From the NCBI GenBank assembly GCA_964482795.1, contig CAYZZI010000013.1:805-64804 (forward strand): a stretch of 64,000 bases of DNA, given 5' to 3'. The notes under the pieces are model-generated. The model had not been told where the DNA came from, made no database searches, and saw only the letters and a list, made by a program, of their open reading frames with translations. How positions within the stretch are numbered: the stretch's first letter is position 1; each line of letters opens with the position of its first letter. Source of the stretch: an uncultured Klebsiella sp. (GTDB lineage Bacteria; Chloroflexota; Chloroflexia; Chloroflexales; Roseiflexaceae). Position numbers and translations under genes: made by a program. This document shows, piece by piece, positions 54,507-64,000 of this stretch.

Positions 54507-56165
54507 CTACTCAATAAATCCCCGCAACTTTTTGCCGCGATGGGGGTGCCGTAACTTACGCAAGGCCACGGCTTCAATTTGGCGGATGCGCTCACGTGTA
54601 ATGCCAAACTTGTCACCGACCTCTTCGAGCGTACGATATTGGCCATCACTCAACCCATAACGCAACTGAATGATGAGACGTTCACGCTCTGGCAGACTAG
54701 CCAAGACCTCGTCGAGTTCACGGCGGAGCATCAAAGTAGACGCCGCCTCAGCCGGGCCGGCGATTCGTTCGTCTTCGATAAAATCGCCCATGCGCCCCTC
54801 GCCCTCTTGACCGACAGGCATTTCGAGAGAGAGTGGTTGCATGGCCGCTTCGAGCGTGCGACGCACCTTGGCGGGCGTCATACCCATCTTCTCGGCAATT
54901 TCTTCGGGAGTTGGTTCACGTTGCATGACCTGTTGGAGCTTGTGCGCAGTCCGTTTGACCTGACTAATCGCCTCGCCCATGTGTACAGGCAAGCGAATAG
55001 TGCGACTCTGGTCGGCAATTGAGCGGGTAATTGCCTGACGAATCCACCAGGTTGCATAGGTTGAGAACTTATGCCCTTTGGTGTAGTCAAACTTCTCGAC
55101 GGCACGCATCAGACCAATGTTGCCCTCTTGGACAAGATCCATCATCGTCAACCCGTACGAGGTGTATTTTTTGGCAATGGAGACGACCAAGCGCAAATTC
55201 GCTTGAATCAAATCTTGACGCGCCATGTCGGCTGCTTCAACGATGCTGTTGAGGGGCTTCTCATCGCTAATGTGCCCCATCATGTCGTTGTTCCCCGCGC
55301 AGACCACGTACAACGACTGCACGGTATCGACCATGTCTGGCCATTTATGCAGAGAGCGCAAGTTCTCCTTGGTTGTCATGCGACTCGTCACGTAGACACA
55401 CGTAATCTCGACAAGACAGTGCTCAATGTCCGACGACACGTCGTGGCGCATATCTGCACCAATGAGGCCTGAGAGCAAGCGCCATGACTCACGATCATGC
55501 ACTTGAAAGGTTCGTACGACGCGTTGTGCTTTGAGTATTTCGTAGGCACGCCACAGCATGCTATCACGGGCTACAAGCCATTGAGCCGCAACTTGCTCAA
55601 CCTCACGGCGCTCCAATCCCGCATAGTGGGCACGATCGAACTCTCTGCGCTCGTTGTCATCATGCAACCACTGGTGCAACTGAGCGGCCACATCCATGAT
55701 ATCAACCGACGCATTGGCATCCGTCAACAACGGCAATATACGGGTGGCACTGTCGGATGGTTTGTCGCTCCACGTGCTACACAACAACGCACTCCATCCC
55801 AACGCATGAATGGTTTTGTGGATGAGTGCACGTGCATCGCCAACCGGCATGCTCATCACCAAACGCTGTGAGCGCACACGCACGGCCTTGAGCCCCATCT
55901 CAATGCGATGTGCCAACATGACCTCATCAGCTGCACGCAACAATCGGACTTTGCCGATTTCTTGCAGGTACATGCGGACCGGATCATCGAGTGAGATATC
56001 GCTGATAGGCGTGTCAATAAGTTCTTCTTCGGCAGGGAGGGAATCGTCACCAACAATACCAAACTGTGTGCTCGCAAAATCATGTGTACCGAGCACATCA
56101 TCAGATTTCAGGAAAATATCGAGCTCGCCGCGGCCATCTTGTGGATAATCTGCACTGCCCATCAC
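54507..56165 (-). CDS. rpoD: Primary RNA polymerase sigma factor (sigma-70/SigA) with about 200-aa insertion between regions 1.2 and 2
   Basis: Region 1.2 is [16 protein letters not shown]. Region 2 is [16 protein letters not shown]...[36 protein letters not shown]. Region 4 is [19 protein letters not shown]. Confidence 0.9.
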   Translation of the reverse strand: MMGSADYPQDGRGELDIFLKSDDVLGTHDFASTQFGIVGDDSLPAEEELIDTPISDISLDDPVRMYLQEIGKVRLLRAADEVMLAHRIEMGLKAVRVRSQRLVMSMPVGDARALIHKTIHALGWSALLCSTWSDKPSDSATRILPLLTDANASVDIMDVAAQLHQWLHDDNERREFDRAHYAGLERREVEQVAAQWLVARDSMLWRAYEILKAQRVVRTFQVHDRESWRLLSGLIGADMRHDVSSDIEHCLVEITCVYVTSRMTTKENLRSLHKWPDMVDTVQSLYVVCAGNNDMMGHISDEKPLNSIVEAADMARQDLIQANLRLVVSIAKKYTSYGLTMMDLVQEGNIGLMRAVEKFDYTKGHKFSTYATWWIRQAITRSIADQSRTIRLPVHMGEAISQVKRTAHKLQQVMQREPTPEEIAEKMGMTPAKVRRTLEAAMQPLSLEMPVGQEGEGRMGDFIEDERIAGPAEAASTLMLRRELDEVLASLPERERLIIQLRYGLSDGQYRTLEEVGDKFGITRERIRQIEAVALRKLRHPHRGKKLRGFIE

Positions 56166-56494
56166 AGTGCCCCCTTAATAACGTGCATACCCACAGCAAA
56201 TTGACTAGAATTCAGTGGCATCATCTGCCATGCATGCACCTTTGATGTATCACTTACCACGTCGTTGACTGATTGATGTACTGTTTCCATCAGGTATCCC
56301 TTAGCGTTACGCACAATCTCTGTTGTACGCTAACGTGGTTGCAACACTCGCATATCAAGAGCAACTGAGTTGTTACTACAATCTACACCAATATTGTGCA
56401 AACTATATGCGAAGTTGATGCATATCAGTAATTACTATATCATTTATGGGGGTTAAACGTCAATGCTTTTGTGGTGTCATAAGGAGAATCACCT

Positions 56495-57313
56495 GTGAAT
56501 TTTAATCAACGACTAAACACTGCCATCGAGCACCATCATAGTCTGTTGTGTATTGGATTGGATCCAGATGTTACGCGTCTCCCATCCAGCATGCGTCATG
56601 ATGCTGATGCCGTATATACCTTTTGTCACGAAATCATTGCCGCAACTCACGACGTGGCCGTGGCCTACAAGCCAAATATTGCGTTTTTTGAGGCAATGGG
56701 CGTAGCCGGCATCGAGACGCTGATGCGGCTCATGCACCACACCCGACAAAACATCTGGATTCTCGATGCCAAACGCGGTGATATCGGTAACACGGCGAGT
56801 GCATACGCACATGCCGCCTTTGTGCACTTTCAAGCCGATGCAATTACACTTAACCCCTACATGGGTGGTGATACACTTGAACCATTCTTAACTCATGCCG
56901 ATCGTGGAGCATTTTTACTTTGTCGTACATCGAACCCTGGTAGTCGTGATATTCAGGAACTCCGTCTCGCTGATGGGCGCCCACTGTATCTTGCCGTGGC
57001 TGAACTCGCAGCGCAACAGTGGAACACCAACCAGAACGTCGGATTGGTCGTTGGGGCAACCCAGCCCGATGCGCTCAAAGCAGTGCGCACCATCTGCCCA
57101 GACCTCCCATTCCTCTTGCCTGGCATTGGCGCACAAGGTGGCGATCTGGTTGAGGCACTCAACGCTGGGCTTGATGCACACCGAAGCGGCCTACTCATTA
57201 ACGCATCGCGTAGCATCCTCTATGCCAGCAGCGATGAAAACTACGCCCGCGCTGCACGTGCCGAAGCCATTCGTACGCGTGACGCCATCAACGACGTCCG
57301 CTACGCACGCTAG
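56495..57313 (+). CDS. pyrF: Orotidine 5'-phosphate decarboxylase (type 2)
   Basis: The GTG follows AAGGAG. LLCIGLDPD, ILDAKRGDIGNTA and LPGIGAQGG. Confidence 0.85.
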   Translation: MNFNQRLNTAIEHHHSLLCIGLDPDVTRLPSSMRHDADAVYTFCHEIIAATHDVAVAYKPNIAFFEAMGVAGIETLMRLMHHTRQNIWILDAKRGDIGNTASAYAHAAFVHFQADAITLNPYMGGDTLEPFLTHADRGAFLLCRTSNPGSRDIQELRLADGRPLYLAVAELAAQQWNTNQNVGLVVGATQPDALKAVRTICPDLPFLLPGIGAQGGDLVEALNAGLDAHRSGLLINASRSILYASSDENYARAARAEAIRTRDAINDVRYAR

Positions 57314-57339
57314 GTGTGGCACCTACAACATCGATGCTA

Positions 57340-59019
57340 CTAGGGTTGAATATCGCCGCTAATTTCGCGTGAACGCGAGACATACCAATAGACCACATTA
57401 CGGAAGCGCGATTCACGCCCAAACAGCAGATTCATCATACCGGGCATGTCGCTTTTGTGGGTAATCGCTGTCCCACCCAAATCAGCAACGGTTGCATAGA
57501 CTTCGTACGGTTGGTACATGATGATACTCGGCGCCAAATCAATCCAGCGTTGCTGGAATTCAGCGTACAATTCGGCGCGCGTATCGCGACTACGCTCAAT
57601 ACGCGCCAACGAGAGCGCATCGTCAATTAATGCGTCCTGCAGACCAGCGTAGTTACGGCCGATGCCCACTTGCGTAGAATGCCACAACTCATACACGTCA
57701 GGATCACTGCCAAGGCGTTGCCACCCATGCAATGCCATCTGAAATTCTCCGGTCTCGAGGCGTTGGCGCAACACGTCTCCGTCCAGTGGTGTCACGATGA
57801 CACTGATACCCACTTGCTGTAGTTGATTCACGATATCGGCAGCAGCAAGATTACGGTCAACGGCACCATCAACAAGTAATTCGAACTCAAGACGCTGGCC
57901 ATCCGCATTGACACGCACGCCATCATTGCCAAGCGTGTAACCCAAACTATCGAGTCCGGCGGCAGCGCGCTCTTTGCTCGGGATATACCAGACTGCCGCT
58001 GGGTCATACGCCCACCAACCCGGCAGAATCGGCGTATCAATGCGCGCAACTTGCCCTGAGAACACGCGATTAATCATGTCATCACGATCGATGGCCTGTG
58101 CCAACTGACGACGGAACCCGACATCATTAAATGGCGCCTGTTGTATGTTAAACGTTAAAATCGTATAGGCATCAATCGGCACCACTCGACGCGTCACCCC
58201 GCGCGGCACGTTATAGCTCCCTAGATTGCCAGTACCCAGGTATGCCATGCCATTAATTTCACCACGCGTCAATGCCGCAAATGCCGTTGCCTCATCAGGA
58301 TAGAAGCGCAACGTGATGTTCTCGATGAGCGGGCGACCTTGGTAGTAATCAGCATTTGCGCGCAGCACTATCCCCTCGGAACTGAGTTCTTCGAGACGAT
58401 ATGGGCCAGTACCAACCGGCTTCACGCTAAATTGAGAACTTGCCCACTCTTCGGGTGGCACCGTACTCAACAAATGTGCCGGCACAATAGGAACGGTGGC
58501 AAACTTCAAAAACGGTGCAAACGGAGCTTGTAACTGACATCGAATGCTTCGATCGCCGGCGCGTTCAACCAGTACGGTGCGCCACACGGTCGCAACGCTG
58601 GGTGAACCGGTAAATGCCGGTCCTTGAATCGAGCGCAACGTGAACAGCACATCTTCGACGTCAAGTTGCTCGCCATCATGCCACTGCACATCGCTCCGCA
58701 ACGTGAACGTGTACACTAACCCAGATTCATCAATCTCCCACGATTCGGCCAATCCGGGGCCAGGTGTACCATCCAGATTGATGCGCACCAACCCATCAAA
58801 GATTAGCGACTGTACATCCGCTGCCGCCAAGTCACGCCCGGTATCGCCGATCAATGGGTTTAACGATGTGGGCAGTCCGACCACACCCTCGATGTAACTC
58901 CCACCCGCCGATGGCCGTGAGACTACCGCACGCGACAACGCCAAGTAGGCCATCAGTCCGAGGACGACGACCGAACTCACGACGGCTATGACAATTTGAA
59001 AGCGAATGCGCCGTGACAT
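57340..59019 (-). CDS. ABC transporter substrate-binding protein, family 5 (peptide/nickel type), N-terminally anchored
   Basis: 559 aa with an N-terminal TM anchor. GTGPYRLEE and the general OppA/DppA-like layout are present. Confidence 0.7.
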   Translation of the reverse strand: MSRRIRFQIVIAVVSSVVVLGLMAYLALSRAVVSRPSAGGSYIEGVVGLPTSLNPLIGDTGRDLAAADVQSLIFDGLVRINLDGTPGPGLAESWEIDESGLVYTFTLRSDVQWHDGEQLDVEDVLFTLRSIQGPAFTGSPSVATVWRTVLVERAGDRSIRCQLQAPFAPFLKFATVPIVPAHLLSTVPPEEWASSQFSVKPVGTGPYRLEELSSEGIVLRANADYYQGRPLIENITLRFYPDEATAFAALTRGEINGMAYLGTGNLGSYNVPRGVTRRVVPIDAYTILTFNIQQAPFNDVGFRRQLAQAIDRDDMINRVFSGQVARIDTPILPGWWAYDPAAVWYIPSKERAAAGLDSLGYTLGNDGVRVNADGQRLEFELLVDGAVDRNLAAADIVNQLQQVGISVIVTPLDGDVLRQRLETGEFQMALHGWQRLGSDPDVYELWHSTQVGIGRNYAGLQDALIDDALSLARIERSRDTRAELYAEFQQRWIDLAPSIIMYQPYEVYATVADLGGTAITHKSDMPGMMNLLFGRESRFRNVVYWYVSRSREISGDIQP

Positions 59020-59025
59020 GCAACC

Positions 59026-59274
59026 TTACCAGACCAACAAACCAGCAGCAGGTGCTGATCCGAAAATCGGCAGACTGGCAACTAATGCCAAAATCAAAAA
59101 CAGCACGCCCAAAATGATTGTCAATTGAAAAATCGTCTTCTCAAGACCGCGCTTGGTCTGATAAATGCTTGACGCATCGCGTGACTGCAAGCCCGCATTC
59201 CGCCCCTGCAACACAACCAGAAAGGTCAATGCCGTCCCTAGTGCAATCAACGCAATTGATAATGCCGTCTCCAT
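59026..59274 (-). CDS. secG: Preprotein translocase subunit SecG
   Basis: 82 aa with two TM helices. LVVLQGRNAGL is typical of SecG. Confidence 0.75.
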   Translation of the reverse strand: METALSIALIALGTALTFLVVLQGRNAGLQSRDASSIYQTKRGLEKTIFQLTIILGVLFLILALVASLPIFGSAPAAGLLVW

Positions 59275-59358
59275 CGCATGCTACTCCCTAATACGTGCCG
59301 TATACCACAGTCACAACAAATCATTTATTTGTGCACGAACCCGTGCATACTGTGTTGG

Positions 59359-59367
59359 ATTATAGCA
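59359..59367 (-). promoter_or_regulatory. Extended -10 promoter TGcTATAAT for secG
   Basis: The reverse complement of attatagca gives TGCTATAAT. A 7-bp hairpin (GCCTATC/GATAGGC, 59377-59399) lies just upstream, after the ANT-like gene. Confidence 0.45.
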
Positions 59368-59413
59368 CATGCACATGCCTATCAATAGATGAGATAGGCA
59401 AATTCGCCAAATA

Positions 59414-60184
59414 TCACTCAACCTGCATGAACCCGTGAATACGCGCAAGCAACTGCCGCACCACCAGTTGGAGCGTTTGTGCATCCGGCAGTTCGATGGG
59501 CACACCTCGGCGCATGGCCAACATCTGCGTTACTACCGTAGCTGCTGGTTCGTTTAGTTCAGGGAGCATGGCGATGCCACCGGTGCTTTTGGAGTGCACT
59601 TCACCGTGCGCCAACCAACGTATGGTCCGGCATAAATTCAAGATGACGTAGTCCGGAGTCTCGTGTACTTGTGTCTCAGCCTCTGCGATGTCATACCAGA
59701 CTGCAGCCAATGCGTGGTGTGGCAACGGTAGTGGCACACGTGCATCACCGTGCACCATGATGCCGTGGTGGTGTGCGATTACCATGTGCGCTGACACATC
59801 GGGATCAGTGCGTATCACATCCCAGCGATGTGCCGGGTTTATCACAGCAGCGTGGGTCGCATCGCGCCATGCTTCGCTGTAATGAAAGAAAAAGGGTGCC
59901 GGATGCACCCAGTGCGTGAGCAACGTCGCATCAAGCACGGATATTTCGATGGGCGCAGGTGCCGCCGAAATCCGCAGTAATGCCATGGCTAGTTGGTGAT
60001 ATTGGGCAGTCGTTGGTGCGCCATCACAAAAGACCAACACATCAAGATCGCTCCGACCCGGGTGATAATCGCCTAGGGCAACTGACCCATGAATGAGGAC
60101 CACAATAGCATCACCAAGAATGGCACGCAACGCATCCGTGAGCAGTGCAACTTGGTCATGTACGTGATCAGGGAGCGCGCGCAT
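59414..60184 (-). CDS. Nucleotidyltransferase, AadA/ANT(3'')-like with DUF4111-type C-domain
   Basis: VVLIHGSVALGDYHPGRSDLDVLVF (GS...D.D NTase motif), similar in layout to aminoglycoside adenylyltransferases. Confidence 0.55.
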   Translation of the reverse strand: MRALPDHVHDQVALLTDALRAILGDAIVVLIHGSVALGDYHPGRSDLDVLVFCDGAPTTAQYHQLAMALLRISAAPAPIEISVLDATLLTHWVHPAPFFFHYSEAWRDATHAAVINPAHRWDVIRTDPDVSAHMVIAHHHGIMVHGDARVPLPLPHHALAAVWYDIAEAETQVHETPDYVILNLCRTIRWLAHGEVHSKSTGGIAMLPELNEPAATVVTQMLAMRRGVPIELPDAQTLQLVVRQLLARIHGFMQVE

Positions 60185-61331
60185 CTACTGACTCCACATA
60201 GCGATGTATCCAGGTAGCAGGGTTGGCTAATTCATCAACGGTAGGGAGGTGGTGTGGCGTCTGCCATAATCGGCGTACTAGTGCATCGCCTCCATGCGCT
60301 GCAAGTGCATTGACAAATGCCTCACCATCCCGATATTGTGCCATCTTCATCTGCATGCCCGTCACACGCATGATTACTGCGTCCAGGGTGGGGCGTTCTT
60401 GCTGACGCGCTTCCATACGTTGCTGAAGCACACCAAATTGCGGGATGCGGTATGCACCAATCTGATTCATCACGTAGTTGGAGTGCCCCTCAATGAGCGA
60501 CATGAGCACTTGCATTTCATTGAAAATAGTACGTTGTTCAGGATTCAATGCCCATTCCACCCAGCTTTGTGCCTTCGGTTGTTGTGCAATGCGTCGCACC
60601 ATATCAAAAAACCCATCTTGTGGTGTGGCAAGTTGATCTGCTAACGTGCGCATAAAGCGATCAAGGAGCATGCGTAGATGCGGACGAAGCCAGGCAATCC
60701 CCTCAAACTGAAAGACATGCGACACTTCGTGAATGACAATCCACTGCCGCAGATCAGCCACATGCACTCCTTGCTCCGCAGCAATACGTGCAATATTTGA
60801 CTCTACAAGAAGCAGTTCGTTGGGCGCATCATCGTCATGTAAGAGTGCCGTGTCGTATTGGCCGAGCACGCGTGTTGCCATCCAACTCAACATGGCTCCG
60901 CTCTGGATGCCTGCAACACGACCATTCATACGGCGACTAGCCAACCCCCAGTCAGTATGGTCGTGTTGTGCCAGCCACAGAGGTTCAAGCGGTGCCATCA
61001 ATCGTGCAAACGAACGCACATTCGCCGTCAACCAGGCGTGCTGGTCAACTACCCGTACGCGCAATGCATGAGGTGGCACATGCAATCCAGTGAAGGCCCC
61101 CACATCAACACCTGCAGCATCAACTAATGATTGATAGTTGTGTGCGGGTGGTTGATGGGCTTCAGGGAGCATGCGTTGAGCAAGTTGTAACGCCGCCGGC
61201 CAATCAACCATGGCAGTAGGGCGATTCCGCTCACGGTCTGCAACCACCTTGATACCAATGCGCATCATCACGGCCGTTGCAATTACCCCCATAATCACAT
61301 GCCATGGAGAAAGGCGTTTTGCTGGCTTCAT
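60168..61331 (-). CDS. Zinc-dependent metalloprotease, DUF2342 family
   Basis: HExxH as VIHEVSHVFQFEG. An N-terminal TM helix is present. The size and layout fit DUF2342. Confidence 0.6.
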   Translation of the reverse strand: MKPAKRLSPWHVIMGVIATAVMMRIGIKVVADRERNRPTAMVDWPAALQLAQRMLPEAHQPPAHNYQSLVDAAGVDVGAFTGLHVPPHALRVRVVDQHAWLTANVRSFARLMAPLEPLWLAQHDHTDWGLASRRMNGRVAGIQSGAMLSWMATRVLGQYDTALLHDDDAPNELLLVESNIARIAAEQGVHVADLRQWIVIHEVSHVFQFEGIAWLRPHLRMLLDRFMRTLADQLATPQDGFFDMVRRIAQQPKAQSWVEWALNPEQRTIFNEMQVLMSLIEGHSNYVMNQIGAYRIPQFGVLQQRMEARQQERPTLDAVIMRVTGMQMKMAQYRDGEAFVNALAAHGGDALVRRLWQTPHHLPTVDELANPATWIHRYVESVDARAP

Positions 61332-61367
61332 CGAATCTATCCTTTATCAGTGTCGTATGTCGCTCTG

Positions 61368-63206
61368 CTAGGTGCGATAGCGCACACGTACATCATCCTG
61401 GCGTCGTGTTACACGTTTGGCATCCAAATATTCGAGGACTGCAAGCGCGTATTTACGCGTCGTCTGAAATCGATCGCGCAATTGCGCCACACTCACACTC
61501 CCCGACTGATCAATGGTCTGAATAATCCACTGATACAGGTCGTGCCATGCCGTTGCATCAAAGATGACTCCATCATTGACCTCAACCACTTGACCAGTCA
61601 TCACCATGTACAACAACAGCTCGCGTTCGATGGCGACATCAGGCGGATTGAACGGCGCCGCACGCAATTGCGTGAGCGTAGCCTGCACATCGCGCTGCTG
61701 CTGATTGGTGAGCGCAACACAATAGCCGACACGCCGCAATAATCCGTCACCTACTCGTTCGATGTCGCGTTGCCACTCATGCAGTAGCACATCGAATATC
61801 GGTATGCTCACATCGAGTCGCCGACGCAACTCCTCACTTGGCATGCCAATGCGCAATGGGTAACGCTGTGTATACCCGTGCAACGCCTTCTCGGCCTTGG
61901 TAAACAACGCATTGAGTAGGTCGCCATCGATGGCCCACTCGCCGAGCAATACCACCTTCGATGAAGTGGACATCGTCTGCATGACCACCTCATGGGTGAG
62001 ATGCGTCTGTCGTTGAATATCATGAATATGCACTACCTGACCACGCACAACCGCCCAACACACATCCGCAGGTGTTGCACGCTCGAGCGCCGTCAACGCC
62101 TCAATCACGTCACGTCGATGGCGTCGATGACGTGCCGGATGTGGGTCAATAACCCGCCCACCACCCAGCGTGATACTCGGTGATGCCTGACGCAGAATCA
62201 ACCGATCACCACGCCACAACGGAATTGGATGCACCAGATGTAGCTGGGCAAACCCACTCGCACCTGGTGCAATTTCATCGCCATCAAGAATGGTCACGCG
62301 GCATGCGCTCTCCGCAGCACCAACGAACACGTCGAGGTGCATCCCCTGTCGAATCGGTCGTGGCGCAATGTGCGTGGCCCGCAAGCGCACATCAATACGC
62401 TGAGTGGTTGTCATGCGTTGTGGTAAGACAACCAAATCTCCACGACGCAGGTCGTTATGCGAGATCCCCGCAAGATTCAATGCCACACGAGTCCCCGGTT
62501 GCCCTACCTCGAGGCGCTGTCGATGCATCTGAATGCCACGAATCCGCGCTGCTAATCCACGTGGCAATATTGCAACTTCATCACCAACGCGCAACGAATC
62601 AGCCAACAATGTACCCGTCACCACCGCGCCAAATCCGTCGACACTAAACACCCGATCAACCCACAAGCGGGCTGGCTCATCACGTCGTTGTGGTGGGGGT
62701 AATTGCCTTACAAGATGATCCATCGCACCCCGTAATTCGTCCATGCCTTGCCCTGTCCGCGCCGATACAACCACCAATGGTGCCTGGGCCAGGCGGCTTT
62801 CGCTGAGTTGACGGCGCACATCCTCGACAACGAGTGGCAACCACTCGGCATCGACCATGTCCGCTTTGGTAATCACAACGAGTCCATGATTGATTTCGAG
62901 CAAGTCAAGAATCGCCAAGTGCTCACGCGTTTGTGGCATCACTGATTCATCGGCGGCAATGACCAGCATGGCCGCATCAAAGCCCCCCACACCCGCAAGC
63001 ATATGCTTGATGAATCGTTCGTGGCCTGGCACATCAACCAGACTTACTTCGGCTCCTGACGGCAACGTCAACCAGGCAAAGCCAAGTTCAATGGTCATGC
63101 CACGTTTTTGCTCTTCGGCGAGGCGATCAGGATTTATGCCAGTTAACGCCTGTACAAGCGTTGATTTCCCGTGGTCAACATGTCCTGCAGTACCAATGAC
63201 ATACAT
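61368..63206 (-). CDS. selB: Selenocysteine-specific translation elongation factor
   Basis: MYVIGTAGHVDHGKSTLVQALTG...DRLAEEQKRGMTIELGF, DVPGHERF and ITKADMV, followed by a long C-terminal winged-helix region. 612 aa. Confidence 0.85.
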   Translation of the reverse strand: MYVIGTAGHVDHGKSTLVQALTGINPDRLAEEQKRGMTIELGFAWLTLPSGAEVSLVDVPGHERFIKHMLAGVGGFDAAMLVIAADESVMPQTREHLAILDLLEINHGLVVITKADMVDAEWLPLVVEDVRRQLSESRLAQAPLVVVSARTGQGMDELRGAMDHLVRQLPPPQRRDEPARLWVDRVFSVDGFGAVVTGTLLADSLRVGDEVAILPRGLAARIRGIQMHRQRLEVGQPGTRVALNLAGISHNDLRRGDLVVLPQRMTTTQRIDVRLRATHIAPRPIRQGMHLDVFVGAAESACRVTILDGDEIAPGASGFAQLHLVHPIPLWRGDRLILRQASPSITLGGGRVIDPHPARHRRHRRDVIEALTALERATPADVCWAVVRGQVVHIHDIQRQTHLTHEVVMQTMSTSSKVVLLGEWAIDGDLLNALFTKAEKALHGYTQRYPLRIGMPSEELRRRLDVSIPIFDVLLHEWQRDIERVGDGLLRRVGYCVALTNQQQRDVQATLTQLRAAPFNPPDVAIERELLLYMVMTGQVVEVNDGVIFDATAWHDLYQWIIQTIDQSGSVSVAQLRDRFQTTRKYALAVLEYLDAKRVTRRQDDVRVRYRT

Positions 63207-63339
63207 AGTGGTGGATTCTCTGGGTCAGAGCGTGGTGTGTGTTCCATCTATTCTATCTGAATTTATCTGACATGGCGTGATGCATCAGGCTAGACACACA
63301 AGATGCACACCGAATCTACCGGGCATTTCGTAGTGCATG

Positions 63340-63348
63340 TGGTATCAT
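63340..63348 (+). promoter_or_regulatory. Extended -10 element TGgTATCAT upstream of fabF
   Basis: catgTGGTATCATacc lies 46 nt upstream of the ATG at 63394. Confidence 0.4.
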
Positions 63349-63393
63349 ACCTGCAATATCACCTCATTTGTGTATGTGACGGAGGATTTATCC

Positions 63394-64000
63394 ATGAAGG
63401 AGCGTCGTGTTGTCATTACTGGCATAGGCGCCATCAGTCCGCTCGGGCTTGACACGCAGAGTTTATGGGAGGGCATTCGCACAGCGCAGAGTGGCATTGG
63501 TCCCATTACTCTCTTTGATGCGAGCAATTTTGAGACGCGATTTGCTGGTGAAGTCAAAGGCTTTGATGCCAACAACTACATGGACCGCAAAGACGTCCGG
63601 CGCAATGACCGATTCATTCACTTCGCCATTGCGGCTGCCCGTGAAGCTATCACCATGGCTGACGTAAATACCTCCACCGTTGACGCCGAAGAGATTGGTG
63701 TCATCATTGGTAGTGGCATGGGCGGCTTAACTACCCTCGCTGAGAACATGCAAATCATGGCAGAAAAGGGTCCAGGTCGCGTCAGTCCATTCATGGTACC
63801 GGCCATGATTACCAACATGGCAGCCGGTCAAGTATCAATGATGCATGGATTTAAGGGGCCAAACTTCTGTCCAACCTCGGCATGTGCGACTGCCGCCCAC
63901 GCCATCGGTGAAGCTGCGGAGATGATTCGTCGCGGAGTGGCCACCATCATGATTGCTGGTGGTAGCGAGGCAGTTATTACCCCGATTAGCGTGGCTGGAT
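63394..64000 (+). CDS. fabF: Beta-ketoacyl-ACP synthase II (5' part; continues past right edge)
   Basis: Own translation from the ATG at 63394 after GGAGGA gives MKERRVVITGIGAISPLGLDTQSLWEGI...RRNDRFIHFAIAAAREA...GPNFCPTSACATAAHAIGEA. The frame is open to the window end, so it is absent from the ORF track. Confidence 0.9.
   Translation, partial: MKERRVVITGIGAISPLGLDTQSLWEGIRTAQSGIGPITLFDASNFETRFAGEVKGFDANNYMDRKDVRRNDRFIHFAIAAAREAITMADVNTSTVDAEEIGVIIGSGMGGLTTLAENMQIMAEKGPGRVSPFMVPAMITNMAAGQVSMMHGFKGPNFCPTSACATAAHAIGEAAEMIRRGVATIMIAGGSEAVITPISVAG

Noticed and set aside
61368-64000. Searched around selB, and in other gaps and ORF junctions, for a TGA-interrupted selenoprotein gene or SECIS hairpin.
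   Set aside because: All neighbouring ORFs are continuous and no pair of same-frame ORFs split by a single TGA was found. A by-eye search cannot exclude SECIS elements elsewhere.

Overview
The window is a gene-dense chromosomal segment with about 59 protein-coding genes and one tRNA. I found no rRNA, CRISPR array, transposase, integrase or prophage. The gene content is RNase Y, SpoVS, an FhaA/FhaB-like pair, LLM/F420-type oxidoreductases, lipoprotein-anchored RND and adaptor genes with no outer-membrane factor, and a Rho with an N-terminal extension. It looks like a monoderm Chloroflexota-type bacterium, but that is a low-confidence inference. Most genes are housekeeping: nadE, murI, acnA, rny, ctaA, tsaEB, rho, manA, scpA, rpoD, pyrF, secG, selB and fabF. 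The main candidate for something undescribed is an eight-gene operon at 21257-29293. It encodes a stripped-down group-4 [NiFe]-hydrogenase / complex-I-like module. The NuoD-like large subunit keeps both CxxC pairs and the NuoB-like subunit keeps four Cys. The module also has a NuoH-like subunit, two antiporter-like subunits and a possible NuoJ/K-like protein. No NuoC-like or NuoI-like partner is present. It is followed directly by an ABC ATPase with degenerate signature and H-loop motifs and by a 6-TM membrane protein. Secondary points:
- A polyprenyl-synthase-like protein has lost both Asp-rich motifs.
- acnA is tightly coupled to two Trp-rich membrane proteins.
- An orphan terminator (possible sRNA) lies beside a heptamer tandem repeat and TTCAAATAT repeats upstream of acnA.
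- A His/Trp-rich orphan enzyme-like protein sits next to rho.
- selB has no adjacent sel genes.
- A TGGTATNAT extended -10 element recurs, and GC-rich hairpins without U-tracts sit at gene ends.
All family calls come from reading motifs by eye. No database search or numerical computation was possible.
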